Assembly: GCA_965202805.1 (NCBI GenBank)
Contig: OZ241869.1
Location: 1,408,001-1,472,000, forward strand
Length of the DNA: 64,000 bases
Direction of reading: 5' to 3'
Source of the DNA: Longimicrobiales bacterium
GTDB lineage: Bacteria; Gemmatimonadota; Gemmatimonadetes; Longimicrobiales; Gaopeijiaceae
In this document: in pieces, positions 9,140 to 17,992 of the stretch
How the letters are laid out: each line of letters starts with the position of its first letter
How positions within the stretch are numbered: the stretch's first letter is position 1
The notes under the pieces: generated by a model
Databases searched by the model: none
Seen by the model: the letters and a program-made list of their open reading frames with translations, nothing else
What the model was told of the DNA's origin: nothing
Translations under genes and position numbers: made by a program

Positions 9140-12100
9140 TCAGGGAAGTCCCGCGAATGCTCCCGCGTTGTACACGAACTGGCCCCAGAAGCCGATCTGA
9201 AACTGGGTCGAGCCCAACCGCTGGCCGATGTTCGACTGACGGTTGGTGTAGCTGGCCTGAAAGCCGATCTGCAGGTCGGAGACGACGGTGTCCAGCGTGA
9301 GGTTGAAGGTGGCGTTGCTCTGGTCCACGAAGGGCACGCACTCGTCGTTGCCGGAGGTAATGCGACAGTCGGTCTGCCCTGCCTGATTGTATCGCAGCGA
9401 CGCCTGGATGGGGCGTTCCAGCCGCGCCCCCAACTCGCCCGGAGGCGTGAAGCTGCCGCTCATGGTGAAGACGTGGGTGTTGCGGCGGCGGCGCGTGTCG
9501 CCGGTGGGATCGGTGCCCTCGCCCCGGGTCATGGTGGTTCGGTAGCTGGACGAAAAGCCGCCTCCCCAGCGCACCGACACGTCGAGCGGGATGGTCGCGT
9601 CCTCCTGCAGCCGCTGCTGCTGCGCGCCGGTGCCGAACGAGAGCCGGCGGGTGTCGACGCGGTATCCCGAGTTCAGTGTGAGGCGCTCGACCACCGGTTG
9701 CATGAAGGACGGCAGGGGTATCGAGGACGCCCTCAGGACGATGTTGGGCCAGCTGCGGGTATTGGACGCGCGATCGCTGCGCGTGTCGAAGGTTGCGATG
9801 TCGGTGACCGAGTAGTCCACGTTCGCGGTGATCCCGGAGAGGAGCGTGAGCCCCGAGCCCATGGCCCAGCCGTTCCGGTCCACGAGGGTGGCCGCGGTGG
9901 TGCCGTCCACCACCCGGAATCCCTCCAGGTCGCTCAGCCCGAACTGATAGCGGACATCCGGGTCCAGCACCTCGCGGTTGAAGCGCGAGGTGATGCCGTC
10001 CTGCCAGTTGACCGTCAAGGGCGAGAACGCACCGGCGAGCCGGCGCATCGTTCCCCGGGGGGGAGCGTCGGCCGCGCCCGGCCTCGGGGGCCCGCCGCGC
10101 GCGAGCGTCCCCGGGTCGAAAGTGACGGAGGCGCTCGCGCTGCGCTGGCCGCCGACGTTGCGCTGCAGCTCCCGCAGGGTGTCGGCCTCCACGACCTGGC
10201 GCCGCACCAGGGTGGCGTTGCGGTCGGAGTTGTAGGTGGTCGTCCAGGTGAGCGTCCACTGCAGCCAGTCGGCGGGCCGGGGCCCCCAGCGCATGTTGGT
10301 GCGCAGCCGCCGATTCGTCTCCCAGCCAAGATCGACGCCTCCCGGTGACCACCGCTCCCGCGCCAGCAGCGGCCGCACCGCCGGGTCCCTGACCGCGAGT
10401 TCCGGAGCCAGCAGATCGCGCGTGGAGGTGAAATCGGTGGTGGCGGTCACGGACTCGAAGGGACGGAAGATGACGCGCGCATCGGTGTCCAGGCCCCGGC
10501 GGGGAGAGCGCGTGCGGGTCGCGCCCGAGTCGGCGGCCAGGCGCAGAATCTGCTCGTAGCGCAGGGTCTGGTTGCGCTGATTGGCGTAGGAGGCCCCGAA
10601 CCCGATCCGCTCCGGGCTCCAGCGCAGGCGGCTCGCCAGCACCCGCTCCTCAAGCGACTCCGGAAGCAGCGCGCGCACCACGCCCCCCAGGAAGCCCGGA
10701 ACCACCGGCAGCGTGCGCGGCTCCAGCGCCCGGTCGTAGCCCACACGCGCATCCACCACCCGCGAGTCCGACTCCGAGGTCGCCGTCGCCGACTGCGACG
10801 ACGAATACCCGGCACGGGCGCTCAGGCCGTCCAGGAAGATGGCCGCCCAGGGGTTGGCGGAGGGCGTCCGCTTGCGGAACGACACGCCCACGCGGGTCCG
10901 GTCGAAGGCAACCTTGCGGAGCCCCTCGAGCCGGTCCGCGCGGATATCGCTCCTCAGCAGGAACGTGGGATCCTGCCCGGAACTGGTATGAGACACGTTC
11001 AACGGCAGTTCGATTCCCCAGGAGGCGGGGGCGAAGCGGCTCAGCTGCAGCGTGGAGTTCGCCGTCCACTGCTGATCGCGCTGGTAGCTGGGATCGCCCT
11101 CAAGCTGCCGGAAGAGGGCGCCCCGGTCGGAGACGGAGACGCGCGTGGTCATGAAGTCGGACGCGTTCAGGTCCAGGTTCAGGTGGCTGGCGAGTCCGCG
11201 GTCGGTCACGGCGGCGGAAAGACGGAAGTCGTTGACCCACACCTCGCCGTCGTCGGGGAAGTCGCCCTCGTTCCATACCCCCAGCGAAAGCTCGCGCACC
11301 TGCGACAGGTTGGGCGCGCGCGCGCGGTCCTGAAGCACCACCGCGTAGGTCGAGTCGGCGTTCCATACCACAAGCGCCGGCGCGCCCGCGGGCGGGGGAT
11401 CCTCGATCAGCCGCTGCTCGGCCTCGCTGCGCAACTCGAGCCAGCGGTCGAAGTCCACCAGAATCTCCGGGAGCCAGTCCTCGGCCCGAGTCCCCTCGGG
11501 ATCCACCGCCGGCTCCAGCCGCGTCCGGTAGAGATAGAAGTTGTCTTCGTCACTCCCCACCTTCAGGAAGAAATACGTGGGACGGTCCATCCCCCAGTCA
11601 CCTCTGCGCGCCAGCGCCCAGATGCGCGCCTGCCGGTAGGTGAGGAAGTTCCTGGGGCGCTGCGGAAAGCGATGATACACCTCCGTCCTCTCCCCGGGGG
11701 GAAGCCCCCTGTAGGTGATGCCAAGCGCCTTCTCGCTGAACTCCACGCCCTGCGCCCCCAGAGCGCTGGCGGGATCGTCGAGCTGTTCCACCACGCCGGG
11801 GGGCGGGTGGTAGGCGGCGCCCACCTCGACCGCGCCCACCGGGCTCACCTCGATGGTGCCGCCGGTTCCCGGCTCGTCTCCGGCCATGCCCGTGAGCACC
11901 CCCTCGCCCGCGCGCTTCACCCAGCGCGACCCCACCAGGCGCATGCGCGCCAGCACGGCCGCGCCCTCGGCGTTCCCCGTGACCGTGAGGCGCAGGTGCT
12001 TGACGGCGCGGAAATCCCCGTCGGTGAACATCCCGCCCGGATTGATCGCGTGCGGCCCGCGCAGTGGAATCCGGTAGAGACGGAAGTGGGTTCCGGTCCC

Positions 12101-15100
12101 GATGGTGTCGCGCACCAGGTAGGGGGAGGATCCGTCGAGTTCCACCAGGTAGCGCATGTAGCGCTCGTCGATGTCCAGGTTGCCGTCCCCGTCCAGGTCT
12201 TCCGAGTCCGGACGTCCGTTGCCCCGGGTGCAGTTGACGCGGGGGTCCCCGATCCGGTAGACCACCGCCCGGGTCGCCAGGCACGCCTCGTCCCACAGCC
12301 CGCGCTGGTCGAGTTCATCGCTCCAGATCTCGCCCCTGCGCGGGTCGGCCTCCTGGTCGAGGGCGCCCAGCCCCCACGCGTTCCCGCCCTCCCGGGTGCC
12401 CCCGGTGAGCCCGTTCGCGTCCACGAACAGCGCGTCCTCGCTCACCGTCCCCAGATCGAAGACGAGGGTGAGCGCCTCGCCGCCCGCGATATAGAGGTCG
12501 AGAAACTCGGTGCGCGTCAGGTCGAGGCCGGTGCTCGCGAGATTGGCGGTGATCGAGCGCCAGCGCCTGCGGTCGAAGGTGCCCCCGGCGGCGCCGTCGC
12601 CGACCCCGAACGTGAGCAGCAGCCCCGGCTCGCGGAACTCGTTGCCGGCCACGTTGATCTGTCGGTCGATGTCGTTGCGGGGCAGAAAGCCCTCGAAGAC
12701 GCCTGTGCTGTCCCCGCTCTCCCCCTCGGTGATCCAGGTGTGCTGCCACTGAAGGGAGGCGATGTCGCCCGGTCCGAGCTCCGGCGGAAGAGCCTCGAGC
12801 GCTCCGTCGCGGAACAGCGGAGCGCTACCCAGCCGCCAGCCCGTGCTCAGGTTGGAGAGGGGGAGGTCGCTCGTGGAATCGAAGTCGTGCAGGTAGACGT
12901 CTCCCTCGATGTTCGGGCTGGGCAGGGAGAGCGCCATCTCCCCGTTCAGGCGCAGCCGCGAGATTCCCGAGTGCGTCAGCCCCGGGATCCGGTCCAGCGC
13001 CCGGTCCAGCGCCGGCAATTCCATGTCCATGCGCCCGTTCAGGCCGCCCAGGAGGATCGAAGCCGGCTCGACGCCCAGCTGAGGCCGTCGCAGGAGCCCT
13101 CTCTCACGCTGGTACAGACCCAGGAAGTTGAGTTCGCCCGCATCCCCGAGCGCGTAGCCGGCGTTCATGCCGAAGACCGAGGTCGGGGCGATCTGAAAGA
13201 GGGCCTGCTGCTCCCAGGTGGCCCGCAGGTCCCCCTGCGGGTCGGTGGCGAAGAGGTTCTCCGCGTCGAGCAGCGTCACCTGTCCCATGTCGTAGTCGAT
13301 GACGTAGTCGGTGCGCGCCTCGAGCGCGCGGTCGCCGAAGAAGAGCCGCTCGCTGCCGTCGCGGATGCCGAGCGCGCCCAGCGAGAAGGAGGAGACGAGC
13401 CCCTCGCTGCGCACGCGGAAGGGAATCGTGAGCCAGTAGAGCCCCGCGTTCTCACGCTCGTAGGGATCGACCGCGTCGTAGATCTCGGGGTTGGCGTCCC
13501 CCGCCAGGATCTCGGAGGTCTCTTCAGCGGAGAGCCCCAGGGAGTATATCGGAGGAGGCTCGGCGAAGGGCCGGAGGGTCGGGAAGATGATGAAGGTGCC
13601 CGAGACCGCGGGCTGCTCCTCGAAGTCGTCGGCGGCGGGCTTGTAGACGTAGGCGCGGTCGATCACGTCGACGGGAGACTCCTCGTCCAGCCCCAGGAGC
13701 TTCAGATAGGTGATGTCCTCCCCGCCGAGGCCCCGGGTGAAGGTCCTGCCCGCGCTCAGTTCACCGACGGAGATGTCGAGCGAGACCGACGGGATCTCGA
13801 CGTCGTTCGAGCCCGACACCCGGTAGACCTGGTGCATCTCGAGATCCCAGGTGGGCCGGCCCGGCTGGTGGTTGGGCTCCGAGGCGCGCAGCAGCGAGAG
13901 GCGGGGACGCCCTCCCTCGTTGTGAATGCGCTCCGGGTTGTAGTCGCCGATCGTGTCGCCGGCCGCGGTGACATAGGTCACCGCCAGCATCTCGTCGCGG
14001 CGCAGCGGGCTCCGCAGCGCGATCCACAGGCCGCTCGGGTGGACGAAGTAGTCGACGCCCGCCTGCAGGTAGCGGAACCACCCCGACTCGGTCACCGTGT
14101 CGTCCCCGAGCGTCGCCGAGGCATCGGCCTGGATGTAGCCCTCCACCTGCTGGCGGGTGACGGGATCGTTCTCGAAGCGGTAGAGCTGGATCGGTTCCGC
14201 TCCGGGAATGGCGGAGGAAGGCACCGAGGCCGGATCCGCCCCCAGAATGTCGATGTGCGGGTAGTCGAAGAGGTTGCGCGGGTCGGCCAGGAAGAAGAAC
14301 TGGCCGCGCACGTAGTCGGCGTTGTCGACCACGATGGTGTCCTCCTGGACGAAGGCGCGGTCGGTGCCCGCCCCGGCCAGGCGGAATTCCCGCGAGGACA
14401 GGTCGCCCCGCTGTTGCGCGAAAACGGTCTCGAAGTCGACCGGGCCCAGCTGGCCGGTGGCCCGCAAGCCGAAGTTGCCCGCCGGAATGCCCTCGGTGAG
14501 AAACCGCGACTCGGGCAGCCCGAAGGTCACGTCCCCGACCTCGACGCCCTGGAGAATCTCGTCCTCCACTCCCTGGTAGAAGACGTTGATGTTGTTGGTG
14601 GCGGAGAACTCGCGCGTCTGGTCGTAGTCGACGTTGACTACGATCCGGTCCGAGATGGTGCCGGCCATCCGGACGCCGAACTGGAGTTCGGGCACGAGCC
14701 GGGGCAGGAGCCCTGGCTGGCACCCCAGCTGGATGCCGGCGTCGCAGGGGCGGAAGCGCGTCCAGTCGCCCCCGAACTCGCCCCGGCCCGTGATGTTCAC
14801 GTCCAGATCCCGGAACTCGATCGGCCCGGCCCCGGGGATGATTGCGGCCTCCGGCTCGGGCGGGAGTTCGGGGAGGAAACCCGCGGGGCCGGCGTCCGGG
14901 GTGTCCTCTTCCGGGGAAGCGCGCGTGATCCGGCCCGCCAGCACCGCGCCGGGCCGAAGGAGAGACGCGGCGCCGGGGCCCGGCGTTCCGAGCACCGCGG
15001 GCCGCAACCAGGGGGAGCCGTCACCCGGCACGGGCTCGAACGCGACCGGGAAGAGGAGGGGGACGCGGGCCAGCCCGAGGGGGACCAGCACCGGCGGGGC

Positions 15101-15241
15101 GCGGGGCGCGGAGGCAAGCGCGGGCGGCGGCGGGAAGAGCCCCTGCCATTCCCCCGTGTCCGGGCCGGCGGCCTGGGCGGCGGCCGCCGCCGGTGTAAGG
15201 GCCCCGAGCGCCAGAAGCAATGCGGCAGCCCGGCGCGACAT
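9140..15241 (-). CDS. sprA: SprA/Sov-like very large outer-membrane protein (T9SS translocon homolog), about 2030 aa
   Basis: Signal peptide MSRRAAALLLALGALTPAAAAAQ. The segments NINVFYQGVEDEILQGVEVGDVTFGLP..FGLRATGQLG, PDSEDLDGDGNLD and GEVWVNDFRLS resemble conserved SprA blocks as I recall them. The C-terminal half is amphipathic beta-strand. Confidence 0.72.
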   Translation of the reverse strand: MSRRAAALLLALGALTPAAAAAQAAGPDTGEWQGLFPPPPALASAPRAPPVLVPLGLARVPLLFPVAFEPVPGDGSPWLRPAVLGTPGPGAASLLRPGAVLAGRITRASPEEDTPDAGPAGFLPELPPEPEAAIIPGAGPIEFRDLDVNITGRGEFGGDWTRFRPCDAGIQLGCQPGLLPRLVPELQFGVRMAGTISDRIVVNVDYDQTREFSATNNINVFYQGVEDEILQGVEVGDVTFGLPESRFLTEGIPAGNFGLRATGQLGPVDFETVFAQQRGDLSSREFRLAGAGTDRAFVQEDTIVVDNADYVRGQFFFLADPRNLFDYPHIDILGADPASVPSSAIPGAEPIQLYRFENDPVTRQQVEGYIQADASATLGDDTVTESGWFRYLQAGVDYFVHPSGLWIALRSPLRRDEMLAVTYVTAAGDTIGDYNPERIHNEGGRPRLSLLRASEPNHQPGRPTWDLEMHQVYRVSGSNDVEIPSVSLDISVGELSAGRTFTRGLGGEDITYLKLLGLDEESPVDVIDRAYVYKPAADDFEEQPAVSGTFIIFPTLRPFAEPPPIYSLGLSAEETSEILAGDANPEIYDAVDPYERENAGLYWLTIPFRVRSEGLVSSFSLGALGIRDGSERLFFGDRALEARTDYVIDYDMGQVTLLDAENLFATDPQGDLRATWEQQALFQIAPTSVFGMNAGYALGDAGELNFLGLYQRERGLLRRPQLGVEPASILLGGLNGRMDMELPALDRALDRIPGLTHSGISRLRLNGEMALSLPSPNIEGDVYLHDFDSTSDLPLSNLSTGWRLGSAPLFRDGALEALPPELGPGDIASLQWQHTWITEGESGDSTGVFEGFLPRNDIDRQINVAGNEFREPGLLLTFGVGDGAAGGTFDRRRWRSITANLASTGLDLTRTEFLDLYIAGGEALTLVFDLGTVSEDALFVDANGLTGGTREGGNAWGLGALDQEADPRRGEIWSDELDQRGLWDEACLATRAVVYRIGDPRVNCTRGNGRPDSEDLDGDGNLDIDERYMRYLVELDGSSPYLVRDTIGTGTHFRLYRIPLRGPHAINPGGMFTDGDFRAVKHLRLTVTGNAEGAAVLARMRLVGSRWVKRAGEGVLTGMAGDEPGTGGTIEVSPVGAVEVGAAYHPPPGVVEQLDDPASALGAQGVEFSEKALGITYRGLPPGERTEVYHRFPQRPRNFLTYRQARIWALARRGDWGMDRPTYFFLKVGSDEDNFYLYRTRLEPAVDPEGTRAEDWLPEILVDFDRWLELRSEAEQRLIEDPPPAGAPALVVWNADSTYAVVLQDRARAPNLSQVRELSLGVWNEGDFPDDGEVWVNDFRLSAAVTDRGLASHLNLDLNASDFMTTRVSVSDRGALFRQLEGDPSYQRDQQWTANSTLQLSRFAPASWGIELPLNVSHTSSGQDPTFLLRSDIRADRLEGLRKVAFDRTRVGVSFRKRTPSANPWAAIFLDGLSARAGYSSSQSATATSESDSRVVDARVGYDRALEPRTLPVVPGFLGGVVRALLPESLEERVLASRLRWSPERIGFGASYANQRNQTLRYEQILRLAADSGATRTRSPRRGLDTDARVIFRPFESVTATTDFTSTRDLLAPELAVRDPAVRPLLARERWSPGGVDLGWETNRRLRTNMRWGPRPADWLQWTLTWTTTYNSDRNATLVRRQVVEADTLRELQRNVGGQRSASASVTFDPGTLARGGPPRPGAADAPPRGTMRRLAGAFSPLTVNWQDGITSRFNREVLDPDVRYQFGLSDLEGFRVVDGTTAATLVDRNGWAMGSGLTLLSGITANVDYSVTDIATFDTRSDRASNTRSWPNIVLRASSIPLPSFMQPVVERLTLNSGYRVDTRRLSFGTGAQQQRLQEDATIPLDVSVRWGGGFSSSYRTTMTRGEGTDPTGDTRRRRNTHVFTMSGSFTPPGELGARLERPIQASLRYNQAGQTDCRITSGNDECVPFVDQSNATFNLTLDTVVSDLQIGFQASYTNRQSNIGQRLGSTQFQIGFWGQFVYNAGAFAGLP

Positions 15242-15325
15242 CCCACCGGGACCACGGGCCCGCGGCCGGTGTACGGTGCGAGTTGAGGGAAGCTCGCTCA
15301 ACGCCCAACCCGCAACCGGCTACGG

Positions 15326-16783
15326 ATGAACATTCTCACGCGCTATCTGATCCGGGCGCACGTGGCGCCGTTCTTCTTCTCGCTCACTGTGCTTACCGGC
15401 CTCTTCTTCCTGAACCTGGTCGCTCTGCGGATGGGCGCGCTCATGGGCAAGGGACTGCCGTGGCAGGTCTATGCCGAGTTCATGCTGCTCTCGCTCCCCC
15501 ACACGCTCGCGCTCACCATTCCCATGTCGGTGCTCGTCGCCGTGCTCTACGCCTTCTCGGAGCTGGCGGAAGCCAACGAGATCACCGCGATGTCCGCGGG
15601 CGGCGTGCGCCCCGCCCGGATTCTGGTTCCCCTGCTCGCCGCAGGCACGATCGCGGCCGCCCTGGTCTTCGCGCTGCACGACCGCGTGCTCCCCGAGTCC
15701 AATCATCGCCTCAAGAACCTCATGGTCGACGTCCAGGGGAAGAGCCCCACGTTCCGGCTGCGCGAGCAGGTGATCAACGAAATCCAGGCCGTCAACGGCG
15801 CCACCCGCTACTTCCTGCAGGCGCACAGCATCGACCCGCTGACCAATGAACTCGAGGATGTCACCATCTTCGACGTTAGCGAATACGACCAATATCGCAC
15901 CATCTATGCCGACCGGGGCACGATGGCGTTCGACGAGAGCGGCACCGATCTCTTCCTGACGCTCTTTGACGGCAATGCCTACGAGGTCAGCGACACGCGC
16001 CCGTCCGGCTTCCGGCAGCTGGCCTTCGCCCGGCAGATCATTCCGATGCGCGGAGTCGCGGACGTGCTGGAACGCAGCGACAGCGAGCAGCGCGGAGACC
16101 GGGAGATGTCCACGGCCATGCTGGCGGAGGAGGTGCGCAAGGCCCGCGAGGAGCTGGCTGAAGTGCGGGGCGCCAGTCTGGCGCGCTCCCGCGGCGCGAT
16201 GCGCGAAGCGCTGGGACTCGAGGCGGTGGAAGGAGAGGAGATCGACGATCTGCTGCCTCCCGGAGCACTGGAGAGCCAGCGGCGCATCATCGGCGACCTT
16301 GGCCTGACTCCGCCGGATCAGCTCACCGAGGCGATCACCGCCAACCTGCGCACCAACGCCGTGCGCGAGGAGGTGCTTCTGCTCAACGAGAACCGCTACC
16401 GCGTGGAGTGGCACAAGAAGTGGGCGATCGCCACCGCCTGCTTCATCTTCGTGCTCGTGGGGGCTCCTCTCGCGATCCGCTTTCCCCGGGGCGGCCTCGG
16501 CACGGTGATCGTGCTCTCCGGCGGCATCTTCGCCATCTACTGGACGACCCTGATCGGGGGCGAGTCGCTCGCCGACCGGGGCCACCTGGAGCCGAACGTC
16601 GCGATGTGGATCTCCAACGTCATCTTCCTGGTCGTCGGCATCCGGCTGGCGTCGCGCATGGGACGCGCCGTCTCCGCGCCGCGGGATTCGGGCCAGGGCG
16701 GCATCCGGCGATTGCTGATGAGCCGGGTGAGGCGCAACCGGCGGGCAGGCGCGGGGATGGCGGAAGGAGCCGCGGACGCATGA
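15326..16783 (+). CDS. lptF: LPS export ABC transporter permease, LptF/LptG family (LptF-like)
   Basis: MNILTRYLIR, LALTIPMSVLVAVL, NEITAMSAGGV, EWHKKWAIATAC, GAPLA..RGG, AMWISN; 3+3 TM layout. Confidence 0.85.
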   Translation: MNILTRYLIRAHVAPFFFSLTVLTGLFFLNLVALRMGALMGKGLPWQVYAEFMLLSLPHTLALTIPMSVLVAVLYAFSELAEANEITAMSAGGVRPARILVPLLAAGTIAAALVFALHDRVLPESNHRLKNLMVDVQGKSPTFRLREQVINEIQAVNGATRYFLQAHSIDPLTNELEDVTIFDVSEYDQYRTIYADRGTMAFDESGTDLFLTLFDGNAYEVSDTRPSGFRQLAFARQIIPMRGVADVLERSDSEQRGDREMSTAMLAEEVRKAREELAEVRGASLARSRGAMREALGLEAVEGEEIDDLLPPGALESQRRIIGDLGLTPPDQLTEAITANLRTNAVREEVLLLNENRYRVEWHKKWAIATACFIFVLVGAPLAIRFPRGGLGTVIVLSGGIFAIYWTTLIGGESLADRGHLEPNVAMWISNVIFLVVGIRLASRMGRAVSAPRDSGQGGIRRLLMSRVRRNRRAGAGMAEGAADA

Positions 16784-17892
16784 GGCTCCTCGACCGGCTG
16801 GTCGCGACCAGCTTCCTCCGCATCTTCGTGGCCTTCGTGGCCGCGGTGCCGCTCCTGTTCGTGGTGGGGGACCTTACCGAGAATATCGACGAGTACCTGG
16901 ACCGAGGGCTCCCGATGGTGGAGGTCTTCCGGGCCTACGGATTCCAGATCCTCCAGTTCGTGTTCTGGTCCTTCCCGATGGCGACCCTGATCGCGGCCGT
17001 CTTCACCATTCACGCCATGACCGTGCACCGGGAGATCGTGGCCGCCAAGGCGGGCGGCGTCTCCTTCCATCGGCTCGTGGTGCCGGTGCTGGCCCTGGGC
17101 GTCGTGCTCGGCGGGGTGTCGTTCTACATCAGCGACATCGTGCCCCGCGCCAATCGCGCCGCCTTCGACATCCTCGAGGAGCGCAACTTCAGCCGCGACT
17201 GGCGCATCAACTTCGTGTACCAGACCGAGGAGGGGCACAGCCTTTCGGTGCGCCGCCTGACCGTGATGGCGGGCGAGTTGCAGGACGTGGTGCTGGAGCA
17301 CCGCCCGGTTACCGCCGAGCCCGGCACGGGCCCCTCCCTGCACGCGGTCGCGGACCGCGCCTACTTCAACGACGAGACGGGCTGGACCTTCAGCGACGGC
17401 TACGTCCGGCGGCTGCTCCCCGATGCCCGCGAACAGACCTATCGCTTCGGCAGCATGAAGACGCGCGGGTTCTCGGAACGGCCCGATGAGCTGCTCGAGG
17501 CGTCCCGTACCGGGAACCGCATGTCCGACGCCCAGAACGACCGTCTGGCGCAGATGACGCGCGCGGACATCGATCGGCAGGTCGGGATCATCGAGCGCAG
17601 CGGGGGCAGCGCCTCCGAGTACCTCGTCGAGCGCGAGCAGCGCAGCGCGCTCGCCCTGGCCACCTTCGTCATGGTCCTCTTCGGCCTGCCCCTGGGCACC
17701 TCCTCCCAGCGGGGGAGCGCGGCCTACGGTGCCGGGGTGTCGATCGCCTCCATCACCCTGTACCTGATCCTCTTCCGGGTTCTGGGGGCGGCGGCGGGCG
17801 CGGGCGTCCTCTCGCCCACCATCGCCGCCTGGACCCCCAACGCCGTGTTCCTGGCGATGGGCGCCGTGCTCATGACCCGGGTGCGCACGTAG
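16780..17892 (+). CDS. lptG: LPS export ABC transporter permease, LptF/LptG family (LptG-like)
   Basis: ATGA overlap with the lptF stop; MRLLDRLV, REIVAAKAGGVSFHRL, AAWTPN. Confidence 0.85.
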   Translation: MRLLDRLVATSFLRIFVAFVAAVPLLFVVGDLTENIDEYLDRGLPMVEVFRAYGFQILQFVFWSFPMATLIAAVFTIHAMTVHREIVAAKAGGVSFHRLVVPVLALGVVLGGVSFYISDIVPRANRAAFDILEERNFSRDWRINFVYQTEEGHSLSVRRLTVMAGELQDVVLEHRPVTAEPGTGPSLHAVADRAYFNDETGWTFSDGYVRRLLPDAREQTYRFGSMKTRGFSERPDELLEASRTGNRMSDAQNDRLAQMTRADIDRQVGIIERSGGSASEYLVEREQRSALALATFVMVLFGLPLGTSSQRGSAAYGAGVSIASITLYLILFRVLGAAAGAGVLSPTIAAWTPNAVFLAMGAVLMTRVRT

Positions 17893-17923
17893 GACGCAGG
17901 AATGCAGCCCCGGTGGGACAACG

Positions 17924-17956
17924 CAGCCCCGGAAGGGTGGGTCCCTCCCGGGGCTG
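17924..17956. terminator. Hairpin between the convergent lptG and Ig/LVIVD genes; possible bidirectional terminator
   Basis: cagccccgg-a-aggg-tgggt-ccct-c-ccggggctg: a 13-bp stem with one mismatch. Confidence 0.55.
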
Positions 17957-17992
17957 ACGGATGCGGTTTCGGGCCGCGCGGGCCCGGCCGAT

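Noticed and set aside
10988..15286. 1432-aa plus-strand ORF
   Set aside because: Antisense shadow of the sprA-like gene. It has no motifs, and long stop-free reverse frames are expected at this GC content.
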